Shown here: positions 1 through 8,994 of the stretch, piece by piece
How the letters are laid out: each line of letters begins with the position of its first letter
Position numbering within the stretch: the stretch's first letter is position 1
Virus record (IMG/VR): IMGVR_UViG_3300027811_000006
Location: 1 to 50,897 of that record
DNA from: a virus
Lineage: Duplodnaviria > Caudoviricetes
DNA: 50,897 nt
Strand: one strand, 5' to 3'
The notes under the pieces: model-generated
What the model saw: only the letters and a program-made list of their open reading frames with translations
The model's database searches: none
Told to the model about the DNA's origin: nothing
Made by a program: the position numbers and the translations under genes

Positions 1-90
1 TTCGTTCATCAACCAACAACCGACGAGACCTCTGGCGAGAGGATGAGTCTTATTAAGTTGTATTCCACGAAATGGTTTAAGGTAAGACAT
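1..90 (-). CDS. 5' fragment of a LamG/concanavalin A-like tail-associated protein (runs off the left edge; not in the ORF track)
   Basis: ATG at 88-90 reads MSYLKPFRGIQLNKTHPLARGLVGCWLMNE. The HPLARGLVGCW(L/F)xNE motif typically starts phage LamG-like domains. Confidence 0.7.
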   Translation of the reverse strand, partial: MSYLKPFRGIQLNKTHPLARGLVGCWLMNE

Positions 91-93
91 ATT

Positions 94-525
94 TTATACC
101 GATTGCCATCTCCATCTTCGAACTAATAATTTTACATCCCAAGTATTAGTAGCACCAGAACTTTGAAATCCAACCTTGAAATGAGCAAGATCTTTTATTA
201 TAAAAGTTAATCTTGCTTCAATTGCCGAACCGGGATTGTCCACAATAAAACTTGATAAAACGTGACTCACTGTAGCAGTCTTAGTATCATACAACGTTCC
301 ATTGATAGAACCGTGTATATGAACATTAAGTTTATCAGGAAAAGTAGCACCAGCAGGAATAGCCTGAATAGAACACTGTGCTCCTTCATAACCATCAGTT
401 TCTAAATTAACATCAGTAGCTTGAGGTAAATTTTCTGTTTGAGCAACATCTGCATCACTACCAGAATAATAATTAGTCATATAGCATTGTTGTTCAGCTG
501 ACCAAATTTTACTTATTGTTGCCAT
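94..525 (-). CDS. hypothetical protein in tail module
   Basis: 143-aa ORF packed tightly with its neighbours; beta-rich composition. Confidence 0.6.
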   Translation of the reverse strand: MATISKIWSAEQQCYMTNYYSGSDADVAQTENLPQATDVNLETDGYEGAQCSIQAIPAGATFPDKLNVHIHGSINGTLYDTKTATVSHVLSSFIVDNPGSAIEARLTFIIKDLAHFKVGFQSSGATNTWDVKLLVRRWRWQSV

Positions 526-1519
526 AAATAAGCTCCAAAATTGCTTTCATTTCTTTTCCTGTTTTTTCTAAACTAAATTCTTTTTCGGCTATTCTTCGAC
601 ACTCTTTTCTTAACTCCCCGTTTTTAGAATCTTGCCAACATCTTCCAATCTCAGTTGCAAATTCATCTATGTTTCGTGGATTAGCATAATATGACGTAAA
701 ATTATTCTTACCTCCTGCAATAATTGGAAGACCACAAGCAAGAGATTCCCTTATCACTCTTGTCGCTACTATATGAGGTGTAATAACCATATCTGCACTT
801 CGATAAACATCAGATATATTATCTATCAATGGAAATATCTCCCCAATAAATCCTTTTGCTTGGAGTGAATCAAGTAATAAAGATTTAATCTTACTATTAA
901 AAGGAACTCCAAATATATGAATTTTACCTCCAAATTCTTTAACAAACTTTACAGCAGCTAAAAGAACATTGTATGGAGTAACATCTTCTCTCCAAGCATC
1001 CACGCAAAGAATATTTGGTTGATTTGTCTGGAAAGAAAATGTTTGGCCTTCTGGTAAAAACTTTGTCAAATCTACTGGTGCAGGCACATAGAAAAGTTTT
1101 GAAGAATCAATTATCAAACTCCAATTGAATACAACTTCTTTGAGAAATACTAAGAATGCTTTATATGTATTATTCTTTGATACAAACGTATAAACAGGAT
1201 TTATACCGTAAATGTCGAGGAGGAAACTGCCTTCTGGTCGTCCGTGTAACATCATAATTGTCGGTTTTTTCAATTCATCTATTTCAAACGGTATAAAAGA
1301 ATGTCTTATAAGAATATCTGCATCGTACGACCATTTTGGTTCTATTGTCTTAACACCTTCGTAGTCTAGACCTACTCTACTCACATAATTTTCTTTACTT
1401 GCAAAATCAATAAGCTGTGCATTGATTCCCTGCATTCTTTCGGCTTTAATGAAATCAATAACAGTAGCAAATTGACCACTTATGTATGGAGCAAAATTAG
1501 CAAAATGAGCTACTTTCAT
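509..1519 (-). CDS. GT-B fold glycosyltransferase (GT4-like)
   Basis: MKVAHF start, PAPVDLTKFLP, YRSADMVITP...RESLACGLPII, and C-terminal CRRIAEKEFSLE are all typical GT4 motifs. Confidence 0.85.
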   Translation of the reverse strand: MKVAHFANFAPYISGQFATVIDFIKAERMQGINAQLIDFASKENYVSRVGLDYEGVKTIEPKWSYDADILIRHSFIPFEIDELKKPTIMMLHGRPEGSFLLDIYGINPVYTFVSKNNTYKAFLVFLKEVVFNWSLIIDSSKLFYVPAPVDLTKFLPEGQTFSFQTNQPNILCVDAWREDVTPYNVLLAAVKFVKEFGGKIHIFGVPFNSKIKSLLLDSLQAKGFIGEIFPLIDNISDVYRSADMVITPHIVATRVIRESLACGLPIIAGGKNNFTSYYANPRNIDEFATEIGRCWQDSKNGELRKECRRIAEKEFSLEKTGKEMKAILELIYGNNK

Positions 1520-2712
1520 AACATTTCTTTTACTACATCTTTAGTTTGAATCGCTTCAAAGAAATTAGCATTAGTCAATTCTTTAGGACGCTTAACCCAA
1601 AGAGCACATCTTGTCTCGTGATCTCCGCTATTCCGTATCATAGCAAATTTTCCACGAAGTATCTTTCTCTGCCAATGCTGTTCTGCTCGTCTCCCTGCAT
1701 CGTGTACGATTATAGCTTCGCAATTCTCAGAAGCAATTCTCAAAGAATGTTCTCGTCCTATTCCATCTCCAGGAGGTCCATCGACGAATGCTAAATCAAA
1801 TTTACGATCTAAAAAAGTAGATATTCCATCCCACTTTCTTAGAAACAATTTATTATTTTTCTGTTTCCTAAAAATCATTTGAATATATTCGTCATCTGTT
1901 TCATAAGACACTACTTCTACCATCTCAGACATTAATAATGAAGATAAACCACAACCGAATTCTAATATTCGTTTTGGTTTCAATTCTTTCATTACTTGTT
2001 GAATAAATTTCCAATCTTTCTGAGTTATTGCCCATCCTCCCCACGGAATTTCATACGGAGTATTACTTTTATCAAAACCTCGTATATCATCCCATCCTTG
2101 TATATCATTAAGACCAACTTTCTTAAAATGTTCACAAGTATAATTAGGAGCAGTGTATATATGAAATCCTACTTTTTTCGCTTTCCGACAAAATGCAAAA
2201 TCTGTACCGTAAATCTGAACTCCATCGTCATCAAATTCAGAATGAAATGGAGCTTTAAGAACTTCTAATACTCTACGATGAATGAGGATACATCCAGTTC
2301 CAACAATTTCAACTTCCATCAAATCCATCATATCATCAAGCTGTGTGAAATCCACTGCAGAGTAGGCAACTCCACTTGGATGATCCCGATAAGCAGTCCA
2401 ACAAATAGTTTGACCAGTACTCCTAACTCTTGCAGGAAAACCTACAATATCTCTGTTTGCATAGATGAATTCTGCAGGATTGCAGTGGGGAACGACATCA
2501 TCGTCGATTTGTAATAACCACTCACAATCTGTTTCAAGAAATCGTTTTGTAATGAGATTCCTGTTACTTGAAATTGGATTCGCCCAAGTTAAGCCAGGAT
2601 TTTCCCAGATAATTTCTACATCTTTTGTTCCTCGTAATGTTGGTAAGACATACCAAGCGAATTCTCGACGAAGAGTTCCACTGTTCAATGTTGCTAAATA
2701 TATTTTTTTCAT
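1516..2712 (-). CDS. GT-A (GT2-like) glycosyltransferase fused to class I SAM-dependent methyltransferase
   Basis: N-terminal RNLITKRFLETDCEWLLQIDDD (DxD), VGTGCILIHRRV and GTDFAFCRKA; C-terminal RILEFGCGLSS (SAM motif I) and FDLAFVDGPP. Confidence 0.85.
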   Translation of the reverse strand: MKKIYLATLNSGTLRREFAWYVLPTLRGTKDVEIIWENPGLTWANPISSNRNLITKRFLETDCEWLLQIDDDVVPHCNPAEFIYANRDIVGFPARVRSTGQTICWTAYRDHPSGVAYSAVDFTQLDDMMDLMEVEIVGTGCILIHRRVLEVLKAPFHSEFDDDGVQIYGTDFAFCRKAKKVGFHIYTAPNYTCEHFKKVGLNDIQGWDDIRGFDKSNTPYEIPWGGWAITQKDWKFIQQVMKELKPKRILEFGCGLSSLLMSEMVEVVSYETDDEYIQMIFRKQKNNKLFLRKWDGISTFLDRKFDLAFVDGPPGDGIGREHSLRIASENCEAIIVHDAGRRAEQHWQRKILRGKFAMIRNSGDHETRCALWVKRPKELTNANFFEAIQTKDVVKEML

Positions 2713-2739
2713 AAAAACTGTCCTTTCTCTCTGGAAGAT

Positions 2740-3138
2740 CTAATTGATCGAACACTTCAAATCACCCGTTGCAAACTTTGCTGTGTCGCCTGTTGCAACA
2801 CTTTTCGGAGTCGTCAATTTTGCATAGGCAAGAACGTTTCCTGCTGTAATTGCATCGCAGACTGCAAAATCGGTAATGGTTCCCCACGAAGCTGTCGCTT
2901 GAGCAAATGTGATCGCCACTCCGTTCTTTGTAGAACCAGCCGAAGCAGTATCCCAAGTTCCACACACCTTTCGAGCATACGCACCACCTGAAACTTCACT
3001 TGGAAGAGTGGATCCAGTATCAGCATCGTCTATCGTTGATTTTGTCAATGCGATATATATGTTTGATGGGACTGAAAACGCTCCCACCAAAAATATATGG
3101 TCCAACAATTCCATTTCTAAATAGTTACTGAATGACAT
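2740..3138 (-). CDS. small virion structural/tail-associated protein
   Basis: MSFSNYLEMELLDH...EVSGGAYAR...ITFAQATASWGTITDFAVCDA.TAGNVL is a widespread phage structural family. Confidence 0.75.
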   Translation of the reverse strand: MSFSNYLEMELLDHIFLVGAFSVPSNIYIALTKSTIDDADTGSTLPSEVSGGAYARKVCGTWDTASAGSTKNGVAITFAQATASWGTITDFAVCDAITAGNVLAYAKLTTPKSVATGDTAKFATGDLKCSIN

Positions 3139-3141
3139 AAT

Positions 3142-4236
3142 TTATCCTTTCTTAAATGCAAATCCAACATTTCCGTTCAAATTCGTCGTACCAGATTCCT
3201 CCTTTCTATGAGCGGGGAAAACCTTCCAAGTATCAGCCTCAATAGTAAATTCCTGTGCTGGGGAATAAAGTGACATAGAAATTGCTCTGACATCTTGAGG
3301 AGTTCCCAAAAAAGTCCATCTACTGTTTGCTTTCAAACAAAAAACGTATAACGGAATCATCACAGATAGACCGTTAAAATCATTAGGGCATCTCGTAATT
3401 GCAAAGTTACTTGGATGATTCGCATTCATTCCAGTTAAAGAAGAATACGGAGGATGACTTCCTAAATTTACTTTCTTCGCATATGTTGCTGCACTAAAAC
3501 TTCCCGGATATCCTGCAAATCTCCAAGCTGCTATACTATCTAAGTTTATATAAACTGCAGAAGATCCATATTGATTAAAATTATATGCAAAAAATTGCGT
3601 CCTCATAGGATCTCTTTCAGTTGTGGAAATGGGATGATAATACCAATAATATATAGATGGATAGTATGAACAACACGATGCAGAATAAAATTGGCCTCCA
3701 GTCCAAATTCCAGATTTCTGTAGACATCCAAAACTTAATATCATATAAACTTCAACATTGATTTCTACCGTTACAGTTACGGTGTCACCATTTTGAAAAA
3801 TGAAATAATTATTCACTCCACTTGTAGGAAGTTCAGTTATACATCCTCCACAACTCTTATTAGAAGTTCCTACAGGAGCTCCCGGTTGATAACTCCAAGA
3901 ATTGCCAGCATTGAATCCAGTAGATCCATTGATCGCAATTCCTCTTATTTCACTATAGTAACGATCGTTGAGTTTTATTTCGTAGGGATAATAATCTTCA
4001 AAAACAAAACCTCTGGTAACAGAACGAAAATTGAAATACATAACTGTTCCATCACCAGCAGTTTTTTGAACGTGGAGACGTTTCCCACCAGTATAATCAA
4101 CCCCTGAAGGACTATAAAATCCAGACGTATCATCAGTCCATAAATTTACAGTCCATCCATTATTTGAAAGGAAAGTTTTAATCTTATCTAAGAGGTCGTG
4201 CATTCCTGTAAATGTACTTGCTTGATATGCCATCAT
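3142..4236 (-). CDS. virion structural (minor tail) protein
   Basis: Lies downstream of the tape measure gene. MAYQ..T..DLLDKIKTFL..NGWT start and C-terminal WKVFP resemble YuA/M6-like tail proteins; it is similar to the adjacent gene. Confidence 0.7.
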   Translation of the reverse strand: MMAYQASTFTGMHDLLDKIKTFLSNNGWTVNLWTDDTSGFYSPSGVDYTGGKRLHVQKTAGDGTVMYFNFRSVTRGFVFEDYYPYEIKLNDRYYSEIRGIAINGSTGFNAGNSWSYQPGAPVGTSNKSCGGCITELPTSGVNNYFIFQNGDTVTVTVEINVEVYMILSFGCLQKSGIWTGGQFYSASCCSYYPSIYYWYYHPISTTERDPMRTQFFAYNFNQYGSSAVYINLDSIAAWRFAGYPGSFSAATYAKKVNLGSHPPYSSLTGMNANHPSNFAITRCPNDFNGLSVMIPLYVFCLKANSRWTFLGTPQDVRAISMSLYSPAQEFTIEADTWKVFPAHRKEESGTTNLNGNVGFAFKKG

Positions 4237-5465
4237 TACTCCAATTTAATTGCAAAGAAATTATGAGCGGCAGTATGATAAGTATTTTGAAATACTTTAT
4301 AAGTACTCCCTCCATAACTTATATCATCTTCGGAAACTACTCCATCACCAAAGACTTGATAAATTCCTTGTAATTCTCCAAGAATATTATGAGCCAGATG
4401 CTCTTGACAAAGTATCAAAGGAAATAGGGGATAAGTTCCATCTGGTGTAGGATCTCCCCACCACATCAATCTATTATTATAATGTTGAAATAAACTTGTT
4501 TCAGCATAATTTCCAGGCCAAACACAATTTCCTCCATAAGTATCCTCTTCATCATTATCTATATAATTACCGAATGATAACCAAGATCCATTAAGTACCA
4601 TCAATGAACCATAAGAATTATACTCTAAGATATATGGATCTGGAAATCCTCTATGAGTTTTATGTGTTGAACTGAACTGTCTATTTGTAAGAACAGAACT
4701 ATAAGCAGCAGATCCTCCAATCACTAAGGGATAAGGAAACGAACTTGGAACTCCATAAACTAATGGAAATCCTAAATAGAAAGGAGCATAAATTGTTCCT
4801 ACTCTAATAACTCCCATTATTCTCCGTCCATTAGCAAAGAACCAATACTTCATCGGTTGATTGTCTAAGAGAACCCAAGGAAGTAATGTTTCATTTCCTG
4901 GTCGTGCTCCTTGCTGACCGTAGAAAGTCTCGCTAATAATCCAATTAGTAAATCCACCAAGAATCCAACAATGATAAGGAGTCGTAAGATTTTCTACTGT
5001 TTGAATTCCTACATAAATCTTATCTGATGCACCAGAACCTGGGCCTTTGAAATAAGCTCTGTAACCTCCAGAACCGTCATAATTTGTATTAAAATCTAAG
5101 ATCGCCCATTTTTCTGTTCCCATCACTTTCGTTACTGTGAAGGTAAAACTGTCACTTGCTACAAAAGGAATGCTTCCGGCGGTGATGGTGAAAGAAACGA
5201 TTCCATTACTATATGCAGATCCTACAGTCGCATCTGCCTTCCCTCCACTTACTGAACCGGCGACTGTAAAATTCGTCGCACTTGTTGCGATCAAGGTCCA
5301 AGTTTCTGATGGAGCACTATCTACAGCAGCTTCATTTGTTACATCACCATTCCCAGTATTCACACCTGGAATCGCATTAGAAACATCATTAGCATTGGAT
5401 ATAAAATCTTTAAGATCACTCAAAGCTCCTTTATAATTCGTTGCTGTCCCTATTTTATACGCCAT
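4236..5465 (-). CDS. virion structural (minor tail) protein
   Basis: Directly after the tape measure gene. Motifs MAYKIGTATNY, YWFFANGRRI, FYLGFPLVYG..YPLVIGGS, ILGELQGIYQV.G.VVSED and YKVFQN. Confidence 0.75.
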   Translation of the reverse strand: MAYKIGTATNYKGALSDLKDFISNANDVSNAIPGVNTGNGDVTNEAAVDSAPSETWTLIATSATNFTVAGSVSGGKADATVGSAYSNGIVSFTITAGSIPFVASDSFTFTVTKVMGTEKWAILDFNTNYDGSGGYRAYFKGPGSGASDKIYVGIQTVENLTTPYHCWILGGFTNWIISETFYGQQGARPGNETLLPWVLLDNQPMKYWFFANGRRIMGVIRVGTIYAPFYLGFPLVYGVPSSFPYPLVIGGSAAYSSVLTNRQFSSTHKTHRGFPDPYILEYNSYGSLMVLNGSWLSFGNYIDNDEEDTYGGNCVWPGNYAETSLFQHYNNRLMWWGDPTPDGTYPLFPLILCQEHLAHNILGELQGIYQVFGDGVVSEDDISYGGSTYKVFQNTYHTAAHNFFAIKLE

Positions 5466-8278
5466 TAGTTCACCTCAATTGCTCGCCGATTTCTGCGAAT
5501 AATATTCACTATCTGTCGTTCTCCTTCTCCCGTATCTAAGTATTGTCCTGTGATTTTAGGATCAATGATATTGACTATTTTGTTAATTACGGAAGTTCCT
5601 CCAGTTGATTCAACTCCAAGTCTTCCATTTATTCTTATTAGAGGCATCACCGCTTCAGGAGCCTTTTCTGCCGCTATAGCAGCACCAGATCTAAGAGGGA
5701 TGATGGTAGGATTTTCTAAAATGCCTCCTTCTCCCATCGCGATAAGACTACCAGCACTAAAAACTCTTCCCTTTGCAGCGACGTGAGGTCCAATTGCTTT
5801 AGATGCAAGATTCGTTGATCCTCCAGTAAGAAAAAGACCACTAATCCAACTCATCGCCATACCTTGAATTTGTTGAGTAATCAATTGATCATACCAAGCT
5901 CTCAAAATATTCGTACCTATTCTGCGAAGTTCATCTTCTACTAATTGACCTAATTCCTTAGTTCCATCCAACAAAGCTTCTAAGGGAGCTTCTGCCAATT
6001 TTCCCACTCCTGTTCTAAGTTCATCAATATATTTAGCAGTCTGTTGAGCATTTTGTAGTTCTTTCAACTCTTCTTTATATTGTTGAACCAATTCTTTAGA
6101 TCTCTCAGTTCCAAGAACTTTTGTTTCTACTTCAAGTTGCTGTAATTTTATTGCACGTTCTCGCTCTTCATTTGTTAAGAAGAGCAATTCTTTTTCTACT
6201 TGAACTTCTCTAATAAGTTGTTGAGCAGTCTTTTCGGCCTCAGTCTTCTCTTCTCTCAAAGCCTTTTCTTTTTCTAATTGCTTCAACCATTTCTCGTGCT
6301 CTGCTGTTGCCTCTACAAGAGCGTAGGCGGTGTCGCGATAAGCATTCGCAGTATCTTTCATCCATACAGAATATCTCTGTCCGACTCCTTGAATAGCTTG
6401 TAGTCTTTCTTGATCAATTATCGCCTTTTCTCGTTCTTCATTTGTTAAGCTGATAAGAGATTTTTCAAACTCAAGTCCTCGTCTCTTCTTATCTAGAAGT
6501 AAGACAGCATCTATATCTTGTTGTAACTGCTTATTTTTAGCCTCCTCTATTTCTTTAAGATCCTTGAGTTGTTCAAACTCTTTTCCCTTCGCCGCTAACT
6601 TATCTAATTCTGCATTAAACTTTGCTAATTCTTCTCCGGATAATCCTGCAGCAGATTGTTTCAATCCTCTAATCTGCTTATCAATATCAGACATTTCAAA
6701 AGTATCAATTTGTTCTTGAACTTTCTTTAATGTATCTTCGACATCCACTAAAGCTGCTGTCAGCTTCTCAGATGGAATTATGATTTCTTTAATGGCAGCA
6801 GAACCACTATTTATTCCAAGAGTAATGTTATCCCAAGAAGTGACAAGATTTCCATTAGTATTAATCATCTTTTGGAAATCTTCATCCATTATTTTTTGAA
6901 GTCGTATAGCCTCATCTTCCGCCTTATTCATCAAATCTATAGAATCTTTATTGGCGAGTAAAGCATCAGCAGCCTCCCTATATCTTTCCGCAAGTTCTTT
7001 TTCTCTTTCAATTATACTATCTGAAGTTACAATACCATCCCAAAGTGCAGCTCTGAAATCGTGAAAAGATGCTGCCCATCTCGAAAGAACATAAGGAATT
7101 CCTATTGTAGAAAGTTCTGAAATCGAATCAAAAAATCTTCTTACCTTCGGAGTAGTATCAACTACTATATCAGACCAAGCTTCTACAAGGGGAATTAGAC
7201 CTTCTACAGATTCACGCTTCATTGCCTTCCAAGCCTGAGCCATCCGATCAATTTTGAAGGCAGTACTCCCAGATATTTTTTCCAGAGCAGCTTCGGTCAA
7301 ACCTAAAGAATTCAATGTATAATTTAAATCAAATGCGTAACCTTCTGTCTGTTGTAGCAGAGCACTGAGTCCAGTTAAAGCACGAACATTGCCAAAAATC
7401 GCGGCGATGTTTTCTTCACTCATTTTTGAAAGGTCTTGGACGACTGCTAATAATCCTCTTGTCCTAAGAGTATTTGTATTTAATTCTAATCCCCATTTCT
7501 TTGCAACATCTACAGCTTGTTGTTGAGGACTTAAAAAAGTTGTTAGAATACCTTTTAATGAAGTTATCGCAATATCAGTTTGAAGTCCTGCTCTGGTCAT
7601 CGTAGCAAGAGCAGCAGCCATCTCTTCTAAACTAAGTCCAGACGATGCAGCAAGAGAAGCTACTTGTCCTATCGAAGGACCAAGTTCACTAAAAGTAGTT
7701 TTACCACGTATGATAGTTGCGAAGAGAATATCTGAAACTCGTCCGGCTTCTTTCGCTTTCAAACTATAAGAATTCAATATGGTGGTTATTGCATCTGCAG
7801 CAATTCCGGTATCACTAATTCCGGCTTTCGCAGCTTTAGTAGAAGCTTCCAAAACTTCTAAAGCATCTGCAGCATCAATACTCGCAGATATAATATCGTA
7901 GAGACCGCGAGAAAGAGTCTGCGTACTCTCACCATATTGAATCGAAAGTTCTACTAACTGATTTCTATACTGCGGAAGATATGACATCGTTTGATCATCA
8001 AGTATTGAAGATACTTCTGCAAGTTGATGTTCAAATTTTGCATAATCTCCTATCGCAGATTTAAGATATCTACTAATTGCATAGAAGCCGATAAGTCCAG
8101 CCATCGACCTACCTAAAGAACCCATCGTAGTTCCGAGAGACGCCGCACTTCTATCTACTCCAACTACGCTCTTATCAGCTCCTATTGCAGCTCTACGTAT
8201 TCTTTCCGCAGCAGCTTCAAACTCAGCAGCTCCAGCCTTCGCACGAAGAGCGTTTATCGCAACATCAAGACTTGGCAT
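5465..8278 (-). CDS. tail tape measure protein (TP901 family)
   Basis: 937 aa, helical and Ala/Leu-rich, with the TP901 core (GKTTFSELGPSIGQVASLAASSGLSLEEMAAALATMT) and C-terminal AEKAPEAVMPL.R.NGRLGV; follows the tail chaperones. Confidence 0.92.
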   Translation of the reverse strand: MPSLDVAINALRAKAGAAEFEAAAERIRRAAIGADKSVVGVDRSAASLGTTMGSLGRSMAGLIGFYAISRYLKSAIGDYAKFEHQLAEVSSILDDQTMSYLPQYRNQLVELSIQYGESTQTLSRGLYDIISASIDAADALEVLEASTKAAKAGISDTGIAADAITTILNSYSLKAKEAGRVSDILFATIIRGKTTFSELGPSIGQVASLAASSGLSLEEMAAALATMTRAGLQTDIAITSLKGILTTFLSPQQQAVDVAKKWGLELNTNTLRTRGLLAVVQDLSKMSEENIAAIFGNVRALTGLSALLQQTEGYAFDLNYTLNSLGLTEAALEKISGSTAFKIDRMAQAWKAMKRESVEGLIPLVEAWSDIVVDTTPKVRRFFDSISELSTIGIPYVLSRWAASFHDFRAALWDGIVTSDSIIEREKELAERYREAADALLANKDSIDLMNKAEDEAIRLQKIMDEDFQKMINTNGNLVTSWDNITLGINSGSAAIKEIIIPSEKLTAALVDVEDTLKKVQEQIDTFEMSDIDKQIRGLKQSAAGLSGEELAKFNAELDKLAAKGKEFEQLKDLKEIEEAKNKQLQQDIDAVLLLDKKRRGLEFEKSLISLTNEEREKAIIDQERLQAIQGVGQRYSVWMKDTANAYRDTAYALVEATAEHEKWLKQLEKEKALREEKTEAEKTAQQLIREVQVEKELLFLTNEERERAIKLQQLEVETKVLGTERSKELVQQYKEELKELQNAQQTAKYIDELRTGVGKLAEAPLEALLDGTKELGQLVEDELRRIGTNILRAWYDQLITQQIQGMAMSWISGLFLTGGSTNLASKAIGPHVAAKGRVFSAGSLIAMGEGGILENPTIIPLRSGAAIAAEKAPEAVMPLIRINGRLGVESTGGTSVINKIVNIIDPKITGQYLDTGEGERQIVNIIRRNRRAIEVN

Positions 8279-8579
8279 TGCTACTTCTCACCTTTTCCAT
8301 ATAAGTTCTATCTAACACTCTGAGAATATGAGCATATTCTTCTCGAACATCCCCTTCTATTTCGTGAATATTTAACCACGCAATAATCTCAGAATAAGTT
8401 ATTGGGTAGATACCCGTTTGAGTTACTACTCGTGAACTATTCAATGCTAAGAATGCTTCCCAAACTTCTTGTGCATCCTTATAAAGTTCAGGAACCTTCT
8501 TTAGTCTTCCAACCACTTTTAATTTATTTTCAAATCCTCCCCAATCATAACTGTAATTGAGGAGTTCTATGAGTTTTTT
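8265..8579 (-). CDS. tail assembly chaperone, -1 frameshift extension (GT-like)
   Basis: The -1 frame from the A AAA AAC slippery site reads KLIELLNYSYDWGGFENKLKVVGRLKK..., continuous with ORF 8265-8516 (WEAFLALNSSR...PITYSEI.AW). Confidence 0.85.
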   Translation of the reverse strand, partial: KKLIELLNYSYDWGGFENKLKVVGRLKKVPELYKDAQEVWEAFLALNSSRVVTQTGIYPITYSEIIAWLNIHEIEGDVREEYAHILRVLDRTYMEKVRSSNAKS

Positions 8580-8971
8580 ATGGTTTCTCCAATCACCTCT
8601 TTTCTGAATAAGTCCATATTTTCTGATTCAATAACAACGAACAAATAGAAGTCTCTAAGAGAGGGGTCCATAAAATATTCTAAAGCCTTCTCTTTACTAT
8701 AAAAAACTTCTTCACCATTCTCTTCAATATTTTTCCAATCAAGCAGAATAGTTGCTGCTCTTACCTTCTTGAGAATAGTAGAATTCAGTTCTTCATCCAT
8801 AGTTCCGCCTCTTATTTCTTTTATATGAGGCTCACTTAATTCTCTAAGAAGTTTTCTGTAATTAGAATTTCCAGCTCTTGCAATTTTCAAACGAATACCT
8901 TCTGCAAAATCTGTCCAAATTCCTTTCAATTCCTTTTCAGGATCAGTCCTCACTTTGTTGATATCGGCCAT
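8567..8971 (-). CDS. tail assembly chaperone (G-like)
   Basis: Between tail tube and tape measure genes; motifs LKIARAGN.NY and ILLDWKNI. Confidence 0.85.
   Translation of the reverse strand: MADINKVRTDPEKELKGIWTDFAEGIRLKIARAGNSNYRKLLRELSEPHIKEIRGGTMDEELNSTILKKVRAATILLDWKNIEENGEEVFYSKEKALEYFMDPSLRDFYLFVVIESENMDLFRKEVIGETIKNS
8573..8579 (-). other. programmed -1 ribosomal frameshift heptamer A AAA AAC
   Basis: ATA AAA AAC TCA TAG at the end of the chaperone gene is a correctly phased X XXY YYZ site. Confidence 0.85.
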
Positions 8972-8994
8972 AATATAGTCTCCTTGTTTCTTAG

